Below, in pieces: positions 51,249-58,977 of a DNA stretch of 64,000 nucleotides (position 1 is the stretch's first letter; the number at the start of each line of letters is the position of its first letter). The stretch is from contig JACDOJ010000004.1 in NCBI GenBank assembly GCA_017656135.1, positions 6,007-70,006 on the forward strand, in the 5' to 3' direction. The notes under the pieces were generated by a model. It saw nothing but the letters and a program-made list of their open reading frames with translations. It was not told the DNA's origin and did not search any database. The DNA is from Bacillota bacterium (GTDB lineage Bacteria; Bacillota; UBA5301). The position numbers were made by a program, and so were the translations under genes.

Positions 51249-53720
51249 GTGGCTACTCCGGTTATTCGGCTCAAAAATAGATTTTTCTCGTTCTGGCGAC
51301 AGGATTCTTTCATCAAAGACATTTTTTCCCTGATTATTATCACAATCTTGATTGGCGGAGCCATCTCTTTTGGCTTGGCCTGGGTGGTTGATGCCTATTT
51401 CGGCGATACCGTCACCGGCCTCATCGGAGATGTGGGCCAGTATGATCTGATCCTGCATGTCCGGGAGGATGCCGCCGATATGGCCAAAAAGGAGCTGGAG
51501 AAGATCATCGCCCAAAACTTTCCAGGGGCAGAGTACAAGCAGGCTCCCACCGTGGCTGGGAGAGCCAACTTCCTCTTGGCCCTGCCTGATGAGTATAAGA
51601 ACCGGGAGGTGCTGGAGAATATCGACTCCTATTTCAGCACTTTGCCGGGAGGCAACGGTCACACCTTCATTATTGCACCGGTGGTTACCGTCCGGGGCGT
51701 TCAGTTCGGGGCCAAGGGTATGCTGATCAAGAGGCTCCAGGAGCTACCTGGGGTTAAGTTTGCCTTTGTCAGCGGTAGCAACGTGCTGGCTGTTCTCACT
51801 GAGGATGCTGATTCCAAAGCCATCACTCAAAAGGCCCAAGAGATTTTGGATGATTACCGGACCATCGAGGTTCGTTTCCCCATGGGTTACCAGATTAAGG
51901 ACATCTCTGCCACCGGAGAGCGGCTGGTTATGGCCATCCAGGACCGAATCCAGCCTAAGCTGGTCAAAGATGTTACCCTCTCTGAAGAAACCAGCGATAT
52001 GCAGGCCTTCTTGGATGCCCTGGTGGAGATGAAGAGATTTCTCTTAGGGTACGCTTCTGAAGTGGAGATCAAACTGGATCCTTCAGCCGCCCTGCGGGTC
52101 GGGGACCGTGTGGTTCTCCAGGGAGCCTCTCCGCAGCCGTTGGTGGTTGGGGACACCCTACGCCCCGATAACCTGGTGGTGGATATCATCTCAATCCAAG
52201 GTGATACGGCTAAGGGTATCATTACTCAAGGTGATATTAGTGATATCGCCCACGGGCAGTTGGAGTTTTCCGCCGAGAGTGGACAAGGCCCGATTGTAAC
52301 CAAGTCCTACCGCCTGGAACGGGGGACCGATATCGGCCAGCTGGTAGGTGAAACCATCATTCATAATGATCGTTTCGAACTGATGTTGGCCATTGATGAA
52401 AGCATCAAGCTTTTGGAAGAACTGGAGGTCATGGCCGCCGAGGCTGATGAAACCAGCCAGCACCTTTTGGCCACCTTGGATGCTTATGAGGATACTCTGG
52501 ACCAGATTGCCAGGGTAGAGGAAACCTTGCGCTCAGTCAACCAGAGCCTGGACGGTCCCTTGACTCAGCTGGGCCGTCTTAATATCGATGAACTCGTTTC
52601 CACCTTGAAAAACACCGGTAAATCCATCGATTACCTATTGGCCACCATGGGCTTGGTAAATCCGCCCAGCGCCGGTCAGTTGGCCGATGTGGAGCAGAGC
52701 TACTCAGAGGTTCAAGGCCGGACCGGTCTGGACCAAGTCTTAAAAGACATCAACCCAGTAGTTCAGCTCTTGCGGAAGTTCCGGGAACGGATCAATCAGT
52801 TTGCCCTCCAGGTGGATACTTTCGGCTCCTTGGCTGAGAACTCCGACCTGGTTCACCGCTTGATGCAGGATATCGGAGGAGCGACCACGTCGGCGCTCTC
52901 GGCCATGGAGCAGGTGGATGTAGACGCCCTGCGCCAAGACCTTAAGGATATTACCGCTCGCTTAAAGGCCATCGGTAATCTGGACACTGAATTGGTGCGC
53001 CGACAGATGCAGGATGTCCGCAGCACCCTGCCGGATCTCACCGATGAGGAGATCGGTCGTTCAGTCCGGCTCATCGACAGGTACATCGGTGGTGAGGTCA
53101 TTCCAGGAGAACGCTTGGAGATCTTGGTGGACTCCGGGGTCAGGGCTGATGAGGTCAAGCCGGTGATCGCCGAGATGCTGGGGACTGAGGACTTCTCTGT
53201 CTTGGAGGCGCCTATCGGAACCCTCCAGCCTGATGTCAGGGGTATTCTCTTCAGCGTGCTCCGGGAGGTTCGCTCCACCATTGCCGGCCTGACAGCGGTG
53301 GTTTTTACCCTGATTATCCTCTGGCTGGATCACGCCCTGATCGTCACCGCCCTGCGGAAGTTGATTCCCAGCCGCAAGCAGGTGGCGAAGGGGTGGGCCC
53401 GCATCTGGCAGCGGTGTTTGCCTGACCTAGCCGCACTGTACAGCGGGGCAGTAGGTGGCACTGTTCTTCTCGGCAGCTATTTGCTGTCCGGAGGAGCCAT
53501 ACCTCTGCTTTCACCGGTGCACATCCTGATCATCGGTGTGCTGGCTGGATTGGGAACAGCGGCCTTGTCTGAGCGGATTAGCCCGGTCTCCGAAGCGGAG
53601 ATTTACGCCGGCTTATCCCTGGGTATGCGCAAGACTGATATTCTCAGGGAAATTGTGATTCCTGAGGGCCGGCCTGGGATTTCTAATCTCTTGAACCGGC
53701 GTAAGCTACGGTTTCAATAA
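51249..53720 (+). CDS. Uncharacterised 4-TM envelope protein: TM1, ~690-aa extracytoplasmic domain (ferredoxin-like and long helical segments), TM2-4, then a C-terminal EAA-like ABC coupling loop
   Basis: TM1 is SLIIITILIGGAISFGLAWVV, and three C-terminal TMs follow. The basic loop RKLIPSRKQVAKGWARIWQR fits a cytoplasmic location. The last ~40 aa (SEAEIYAGLSLGMRKTDILREIVIPEGRPGISNLLN) fit the EAA/G-x9-I-x-(L/I)P coupling motif of HisM/GlnP-type permeases. The start was set to the GTG at 51249, since the ORF-track start at 51066 overlaps the divergent MFS gene. Confidence 0.65.
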   Translation: MATPVIRLKNRFFSFWRQDSFIKDIFSLIIITILIGGAISFGLAWVVDAYFGDTVTGLIGDVGQYDLILHVREDAADMAKKELEKIIAQNFPGAEYKQAPTVAGRANFLLALPDEYKNREVLENIDSYFSTLPGGNGHTFIIAPVVTVRGVQFGAKGMLIKRLQELPGVKFAFVSGSNVLAVLTEDADSKAITQKAQEILDDYRTIEVRFPMGYQIKDISATGERLVMAIQDRIQPKLVKDVTLSEETSDMQAFLDALVEMKRFLLGYASEVEIKLDPSAALRVGDRVVLQGASPQPLVVGDTLRPDNLVVDIISIQGDTAKGIITQGDISDIAHGQLEFSAESGQGPIVTKSYRLERGTDIGQLVGETIIHNDRFELMLAIDESIKLLEELEVMAAEADETSQHLLATLDAYEDTLDQIARVEETLRSVNQSLDGPLTQLGRLNIDELVSTLKNTGKSIDYLLATMGLVNPPSAGQLADVEQSYSEVQGRTGLDQVLKDINPVVQLLRKFRERINQFALQVDTFGSLAENSDLVHRLMQDIGGATTSALSAMEQVDVDALRQDLKDITARLKAIGNLDTELVRRQMQDVRSTLPDLTDEEIGRSVRLIDRYIGGEVIPGERLEILVDSGVRADEVKPVIAEMLGTEDFSVLEAPIGTLQPDVRGILFSVLREVRSTIAGLTAVVFTLIILWLDHALIVTALRKLIPSRKQVAKGWARIWQRCLPDLAALYSGAVGGTVLLGSYLLSGGAIPLLSPVHILIIGVLAGLGTAALSERISPVSEAEIYAGLSLGMRKTDILREIVIPEGRPGISNLLNRRKLRFQ

Positions 53721-53734
53721 GGAGTTGAGCTAAG

Positions 53735-54547
53735 GTGGGAACTATACACCTAGAGATAAAAAACTTACGGAAGAAGTACGGCGACTTTGAGGCCGTACGC
53801 GGGGTCAACCTGGAAGTGGCCCGGGGAGAAGTCGTGGTCATCATGGGTCCTTCAGGGTGTGGAAAGTCTACAGTTATTCGCTGTATCAACCGGCTGGTGG
53901 AACCCACTGAGGGGGAGATCTGGTTCGACGGTCTTCCCGTCCATGACCTCTCTCAAAAGGAGATGGTTTCCCTCCGGCGCAGGATCGGGTTTGTCTTTCA
54001 GAACTTCAACCTGATTCACCGCCTCAATGTACTCCAGAACGTCATGCTGGGCTTGATCTACGCCGGGGTCGACAAGGACCAGGCTTTGGAACAAGCCGAA
54101 GAGGCCCTGCGTAAAGTAGGTTTACTTCAGGCAGCCGGCAAACGCCCAAGTATGCTCTCCGGAGGCCAGCAACAGCGGGTGGGCATCGCCCGGGCTCTGG
54201 CCCTTCAGCCGGAGCTGATGCTTTGGGATGAACCCACCGCCTCTTTGGACCCGATTCTGGTCCGGGAGGTCCTGGACGTCATGGAGGATTTGGCTCAGTC
54301 CTCCGGAACCACCATGGTCATTGTTACTCACGAAGTTCCCTTCGCCCTGCGGGTAGCCGACCGAATCGTCTTGATGGCCGAGGGACAGGTGGTTGAAGAA
54401 GGGGCACCGGATGAGATCTTCCGCCTACCTCGTTCAGGAGTGGGCCACAAGTACCTGGAGATTATCACCTCCCAGTACCATGATGTTACCGAAATGAGAA
54501 GGAGAATTCTGCCAGGCCACCGAACTGAAGGTAAGATTATTGTTTAG
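53735..54547 (+). CDS. ABC transporter ATP-binding protein (GlnQ/HisP-like subfamily) with a short C-terminal extension
   Basis: Walker A (GPSGCGKST), IRCINRL.EPT.GEI, the Q-loop (FQNFNL), the signature (LSGGQQQRVGIARALA), Walker B (LLWDEPTSALD) and the H-loop (VIVTHE) are all present. Confidence 0.9.
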   Translation: MGTIHLEIKNLRKKYGDFEAVRGVNLEVARGEVVVIMGPSGCGKSTVIRCINRLVEPTEGEIWFDGLPVHDLSQKEMVSLRRRIGFVFQNFNLIHRLNVLQNVMLGLIYAGVDKDQALEQAEEALRKVGLLQAAGKRPSMLSGGQQQRVGIARALALQPELMLWDEPTASLDPILVREVLDVMEDLAQSSGTTMVIVTHEVPFALRVADRIVLMAEGQVVEEGAPDEIFRLPRSGVGHKYLEIITSQYHDVTEMRRRILPGHRTEGKIIV

Positions 54548-54558
54548 GAGGCACAGCG

Positions 54559-55389
54559 TTGGTTTCCAGGCAACAGACACTGGCTCATACCATAACCTAC
54601 CGGGGCACCGGGCTGCATACCGGTGTCCGGGTTAATCTAAAGATAACACCGGCGGATCCTGGGACAGGCATCGTCTTCTGCCGGACTGACCTCATCGGAC
54701 AGCCCTGTGTTAAGGCAGAGATCGCCAATGTAGTGAACACTGTACGCTGCACCACCCTGGGGGTGGAGGGCAGGTTCCAAATCATGACCGTTGAGCATCT
54801 GATGGCGGCCTTCAATGGCTTGGGCGTGGACAACGCTGTAGTGGAACTGGACAACGGAGAGGTGCCGGTGGCTGACGGAAGCGCTGCGGTCTGGGTCAGA
54901 TTGATCCAAAAGGCCGGCATCGTTCAGCAGGAGGCGGAGCGGGAGGAGCTCGCCATAACCAAACCGGTCTGGGTGGAATCCGGTCGGGCCAGGTTAATCG
55001 CTCTGCCTGCTGAAGAGCTGCAAGTCAGCTACCTCTTTACCTCCGAACATCACTTGGTGGGAAACCAGTTCGGGGAGTACAAAGTCAATTCCAAAACCTT
55101 CATTCATGAGATTGCTCCGGCCCGGACCTTGGCCTTTGAACACGAGATCAAGCACCTGCGGGAACAGGGTTTGGCTCTCGGCGGGAGCCTGGAGATTGCG
55201 GTGGTTATCGGTGAAGACCGGTATCTCAGTCAACGCCGCTTTCCTGATGAGGTTGTCCGCCACAAAGCTCTCGACCTCATCGGTGACTTGGGGCTGTTGG
55301 GCCGGGTGAAGGGCCATATCATCGGTTTTCGCTCTGGACATAGCCTTAACGTGGCCTTGGGCCACAAGATCCTGGAAACCATAGGTTGA
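54559..55389 (+). CDS. lpxC: UDP-3-O-acyl-N-acetylglucosamine deacetylase
   Basis: RQQTL.....Y.G.GLHTG, TVEHL.AA..GLG.DN, and the region from E.A.ART..F..E......GLA.GGSL..A.V to HK.LDL.GDL.L.G........RSGH..N are present. The TTG start at 54559 follows TAGGAGG. Confidence 0.95.
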   Translation: MVSRQQTLAHTITYRGTGLHTGVRVNLKITPADPGTGIVFCRTDLIGQPCVKAEIANVVNTVRCTTLGVEGRFQIMTVEHLMAAFNGLGVDNAVVELDNGEVPVADGSAAVWVRLIQKAGIVQQEAEREELAITKPVWVESGRARLIALPAEELQVSYLFTSEHHLVGNQFGEYKVNSKTFIHEIAPARTLAFEHEIKHLREQGLALGGSLEIAVVIGEDRYLSQRRFPDEVVRHKALDLIGDLGLLGRVKGHIIGFRSGHSLNVALGHKILETIG

Positions 55390-55443
55390 TACTGCCGATT
55401 CCGGACCCTACAATAAAAAGGCGTGTATAGAGGAGGTTGATCC

Positions 55444-55866
55444 GTGGATATTCGTGAGATCAAGGCAATTTTACCCCACCGTTATCCTTTCCTCCTGGTG
55501 GACAGGGTCTTGGAGCTGGAGAAGGGGCAGCGGGGAGTGGGAATCAAAAATCTCACGGCCAATGAGGCCTTCTTTAACGGCCACTATCCTGATTATCCCA
55601 TCATGCCCGGGGTGCTGATCATCGAGGCCCTGGCTCAACTGGCGGGACTGATCCTTCTGCAGGAAGACGGTGTGGCCAAAGAATCCTTACCGCTTTTTGC
55701 CGGAATCGAGAAGGCCCGCTTCCGACGCCAGGTTATCCCCGGAGATGTGCTGCGCCTAGAAGTGGAAGTCATTGCCCAACGCCGAAACTATCTAAAGGTA
55801 TCTGGGAAAGCTACTGTTGAGGGCGAGATTGCTGCGGAAGCGATTTTGACCTTCATGGCAGCTTGA
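55444..55866 (+). CDS. fabZ: 3-hydroxyacyl-ACP dehydratase FabZ
   Basis: I...LPHRYPFLLVDRV.E.E, NE.FF.GH.P..P.MPGVLIIEA.AQ and FAGI...RFRR.V.PGD.L motifs are present. Confidence 0.95.
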   Translation: MDIREIKAILPHRYPFLLVDRVLELEKGQRGVGIKNLTANEAFFNGHYPDYPIMPGVLIIEALAQLAGLILLQEDGVAKESLPLFAGIEKARFRRQVIPGDVLRLEVEVIAQRRNYLKVSGKATVEGEIAAEAILTFMAA

Positions 55867-55948
55867 AAAAAGGCGTAAAAGGGTTATTTTGAGCCTAAAT
55901 TTGGCCCTATTGCGAGTTATTTTGAAGAATTGGTGGCAGGTTGTCTCT

Positions 55949-55983
55949 AATTCCTGGCCATTATTTAACTTAGGTCAGGAATT
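55949..55983 (+). other. AT-rich hairpin in the fabZ-lpxA spacer (11-bp stem including one G:U)
   Basis: AATTCCTGGCC (55949-55959) pairs with GGTCAGGAATT (55973-55983) around a 13-nt loop and is followed by a T-rich run. It could be a weak terminator or a regulatory hairpin. Confidence 0.3.
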
Positions 55984-56013
55984 TATTATTGAGAGATTGT
56001 TGAGGAATTTATT
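55977..56013 (+). repeat. Two exact copies of AGGAATTTATT spaced 26 nt apart, upstream of lpxA
   Basis: The copies lie at 55977-55987 and 56003-56013, inside a 164-nt AT-rich spacer that is unusual for this otherwise tightly packed cluster. Confidence 0.4.
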
Positions 56014-56030
56014 GGATAATTCAGTGAAAG

Positions 56031-56855
56031 GTGGGGGAATGGGTGGAGCTACGTCAGAATGCTAAAGTAGTGCCTTTCTCAGCTAACATACACCCGACAG
56101 CGATCATCGATCCGGCGGCGGTGATCGGTGCCAATGTGGAGATCGGCCCCTACAGCATCATCGGTGCTGAGGTGGAGATCGGCGATAACACCACCATTGG
56201 GCCGCACGTGGTGATTCAGGGGCCGACTAAGATTGGCAAAAACAACCGGATTTACGCCGGAGCCAATCTGGGCAGTGACCCACAGGACTTAAAGTACAAA
56301 GGTGAAAAGAGCTACCTCTTCATCGGGGATAACAATATCATTCGGGAGTACGCTTCCATTACCCGGGGTACAGCCGGCGGTGGCGGTGAAACCAGGATTG
56401 GCAACAACAACCTGATTATGACCTACGCCCACATCGACCATGACTGCCAAGTCGGTAACAACTGTATTCTGGTTAATGGTTCTGCATTGGCGGGACATGT
56501 CGTCCTGGAGGACAGGGTTATCATCGGTGGGCTCAGCGGGGTGCACCAATTCTCTCGCATCGGCATGATGACTATGGTCGGGGCCTGCACTAAGGTAACC
56601 AAAGATGTTCCCCCCTTCCTCTTGGTAGACGGCCACCCAGCGAAAGTAGTGGGTATCAACATCGTCGGCTTGCGGCGAAACGGCATCACCCCGGAGGTTC
56701 GCTCTGAGATCAAACGGGCCTACAAAGTTCTCTACCGGACCAATCTCAATGTGAGCCAGGCTGTGGAGCAGATGGAGCAAGAGCTCCACGGTTATCCGGA
56801 GATTGACCACTTTATCCGGTTCATCCGCAATGCCGAACGGGGAATCCTGCGTTAA
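56031..56855 (+). CDS. lpxA: Acyl-ACP:UDP-N-acetylglucosamine O-acyltransferase
   Basis: IHPTAIIDP.A.IG..VEIGPY..IG, hexapeptide repeats, the HIDHDC.VGN motif and a C-terminal helical domain (GLRR.G.....R.EIK.AYK.LYR..L) are present. The start is ambiguous (GTG at 56031, 56043 or 56070). Confidence 0.9.
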   Translation: MGEWVELRQNAKVVPFSANIHPTAIIDPAAVIGANVEIGPYSIIGAEVEIGDNTTIGPHVVIQGPTKIGKNNRIYAGANLGSDPQDLKYKGEKSYLFIGDNNIIREYASITRGTAGGGGETRIGNNNLIMTYAHIDHDCQVGNNCILVNGSALAGHVVLEDRVIIGGLSGVHQFSRIGMMTMVGACTKVTKDVPPFLLVDGHPAKVVGINIVGLRRNGITPEVRSEIKRAYKVLYRTNLNVSQAVEQMEQELHGYPEIDHFIRFIRNAERGILR

Positions 56856-56890
56856 ACAAGGATAAGAAAAGTGAGTGTCGAATTAGTTTT

Positions 56891-56932
56891 AGGCTGATTA
56901 CCAACACTGGTATCAGCCTACTTATTTATTTT
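56891..56932 (+). terminator. Terminator-like hairpin between lpxA and lpxI
   Basis: AGGCTGATTACCA (56891-56903) pairs with TGGTATCAGCCT (56908-56919), giving 12 bp with one bulged T and a 4-nt loop. A T-rich tail (ACTTATTTATTTT) follows. Confidence 0.45.
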
Positions 56933-56947
56933 GCGGAGGTTTTGACT

Positions 56948-57805
56948 TTGTCATCAGCCAGCATCGGAATCCTCGCCGGTATCGGCCAGTTGCCGGTTTT
57001 GGCCGCTCAAAGCGGGAAGGCTAAGGGGCTGCGCTGTGTAGTGGTTTCTCTTTTTCCAGATGATAATCCAGAGCTTAAAGTGTATGCTGATGCCTACTAC
57101 CAAGCGGACCCCAGCCGGCTGGGAGAGATTATTGAGATCTTTCAGCGGGAAGGCGTCACCGAGCTTGTGCTTCTGGGCAAGGTAACCAAAGAGCTCCTGT
57201 ACTCTGATTTCCGGCCGGATGCGGCTTGGCTTTCCCTGCTCCAGAAGGTAGAGAACAAGAGCGATGATGCGCTTCTCTTTGCCGTTGTCCAGGAGTTTGC
57301 CGCCTACGGCATTAAGGTTTTACCTCAGAACTATCTCTTTAAAGACCTCTTGGCCCGGCCGGGGGTCTACACCCGGCGAAAACCCACCCCTGAAGAGCTC
57401 CAAGATCTGTTTTTCGGATACCCACAGGCCAAAGTCATTGCCGGCCTGGACATTGGACAGACCTTGGTGGTTTCCGGCGGCGCGGTGATGGCGGTTGAGG
57501 CCATCGAAGGCACCAACCAGGCCATCCTGCGAGGAGGAGAGCTGGCCAGGGGTTCGGTGACCGTCATCAAGGTGGCCAAACCTGCTCAGGACCAGCGTTT
57601 TGATATTCCGACCATCGGTTATGATACCGTTGAAAGTGTGGTCAGGGCCGGAGGCGGTGTGATTGCCGTTGAGGCTGGAAAGGTCTTTTTCGTAGAGCGG
57701 GCCAAAGCCCTGGAGTACGCCGAGGCCCATTCTGTTTGCATCTGCGCCTTCAATCCTGAGGCGGCCCGGGTAGGCCGGGCAGAACGGCTCTGGGAGGAGG
57801 AGTAG
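56948..57805 (+). CDS. lpxI: UDP-2,3-diacylglucosamine hydrolase LpxI (DUF1009 family)
   Basis: IGI.AG.G.LP, L.GKV.K, LDIGQ..VV..GAV.AVEA.EGT...I.RGG and KV.KP.QD.RFD.P.IG..T motifs are present. It lies between lpxA and lpxB. The start is the TTG at 56948 (or 56942). Confidence 0.8.
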   Translation: MSSASIGILAGIGQLPVLAAQSGKAKGLRCVVVSLFPDDNPELKVYADAYYQADPSRLGEIIEIFQREGVTELVLLGKVTKELLYSDFRPDAAWLSLLQKVENKSDDALLFAVVQEFAAYGIKVLPQNYLFKDLLARPGVYTRRKPTPEELQDLFFGYPQAKVIAGLDIGQTLVVSGGAVMAVEAIEGTNQAILRGGELARGSVTVIKVAKPAQDQRFDIPTIGYDTVESVVRAGGGVIAVEAGKVFFVERAKALEYAEAHSVCICAFNPEAARVGRAERLWEEE

Positions 57806-57809
57806 GCGT

Positions 57810-58961
57810 ATGAAGATCATGATCATAGCCGGAGAGCCCTCCGGTGACCTGCACGGCTCCAGATTAGCCAAGGCTTTAAAGGAGAAACGCCCTGATGTGC
57901 GCCTCTGCGGCATGGGCGGCCCCCAGATGCAGGAGGCCGGGGTCAAACTGCTCTTTGACCCTACCAAACTGAGCACTATCGGCTTTGTGGAGGCCTTAAA
58001 GAACTTCAAGGTTCTCCGGAAAGTCATGTTGAAGCTGGCTGATTTCATCCGCCAGAACAAGCCCAATGCCATTGTCTTCATTGACTACCCCGGCTTCAAC
58101 ATGCGCCTGGCCCGAATGGTCAAGGACGAGGGGGTACCGATGATCTACTACTTCAGCCCGTCGGCTTGGGCTTGGGGCAAATCCCGGGCAGAGAAAGTGG
58201 CTCAGACTATCACCAAAGTGGCTTCGGTTTTTCCTTTTGAAGCCGAGGTTTATCAAGAGGCCGGTGCCGACGTTACCTTTGTAGGCCATCCTCTCCTGGA
58301 TATCGTTAAACCCAGCATGAGCCCTGAGGAGGCCAGGGAGTATTTTCAGCTGCCTCCGGGAGCCCCGGTGGTGAGCCTTTTGCCGGGCAGCCGCCGGCAG
58401 GAGGTGGACTTGCTGCTTCCGGAGATGCTCAAGGCCGCCGAGCTCATCAAGGCCAGGGTGCCCGAGGTGCGTTTCCTTTTGCCCAGAGCCGGGTCCATTG
58501 ACCAAAAAATCATCGCCGGTTGTCTGGCCAAAGCCGCGGTTCAAGTCAAGGTGGTCGAGGGCAAGACCTATGATGCCATCAACATCAGCCAGGCGGCGAT
58601 TGCCGCTTCCGGCACGGTCACTTTGGAAGCGGCCTGTCTGGGGACGCCTATGGTCATTATCTACAAGCTGGCTACCTCCACCTACCTCTTAGGGAAGATG
58701 CTGGTTAAGATCCCCCGTGTGGGGTTGCCCAACATCATTCTGCATCGGATGGCCGTGCCTGAGTACATTCAGAACGACGTGAAACCGGAGATCATCGCCA
58801 GCGACATCACCCGGATGCTCACAGACCAGGCCTACTCTCAGAAAATAAAAGACGACCTGGCGGAGGTCGTACGCAGACTGGGCCGTCCAGGGGCAGTAGG
58901 GCGCACTGCTGAACTGGTCTTAGCTCTGGCAGAGAATCAGCGCCTCCGGAAGCAGATGTAA
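57810..58961 (+). CDS. lpxB: Lipid-A-disaccharide synthase (GT19)
   Basis: MKIMIIAGEPSGDLHG..L..AL, GMGG..M..AG, IDYPGFN.RLA, YY.SP..WAW, LLPGSR..E and ASGT.TLEAA..G.PMV..YK motifs are present. Confidence 0.9.
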   Translation: MKIMIIAGEPSGDLHGSRLAKALKEKRPDVRLCGMGGPQMQEAGVKLLFDPTKLSTIGFVEALKNFKVLRKVMLKLADFIRQNKPNAIVFIDYPGFNMRLARMVKDEGVPMIYYFSPSAWAWGKSRAEKVAQTITKVASVFPFEAEVYQEAGADVTFVGHPLLDIVKPSMSPEEAREYFQLPPGAPVVSLLPGSRRQEVDLLLPEMLKAAELIKARVPEVRFLLPRAGSIDQKIIAGCLAKAAVQVKVVEGKTYDAINISQAAIAASGTVTLEAACLGTPMVIIYKLATSTYLLGKMLVKIPRVGLPNIILHRMAVPEYIQNDVKPEIIASDITRMLTDQAYSQKIKDDLAEVVRRLGRPGAVGRTAELVLALAENQRLRKQM

Positions 58962-58977
58962 CCGGGAGGAGCGGTTT

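Noticed and set aside
53735-54547. Annotating the ABC ATPase as LptB
   Set aside because: Its motifs (IRCINRL.EPT.GEI, FQNFNL) read like the GlnQ/HisP polar-amino-acid importer subfamily. It is adjacent to the unusual 4-TM protein rather than to lptF/G. It was kept as a generic ABC ATPase; a phylogeny is needed to be sure.
57320-58081. 253-aa minus-strand ORF
   Set aside because: It is antisense to the well-supported lpxI and lpxB genes, has no recognisable motifs and is compositionally biased.
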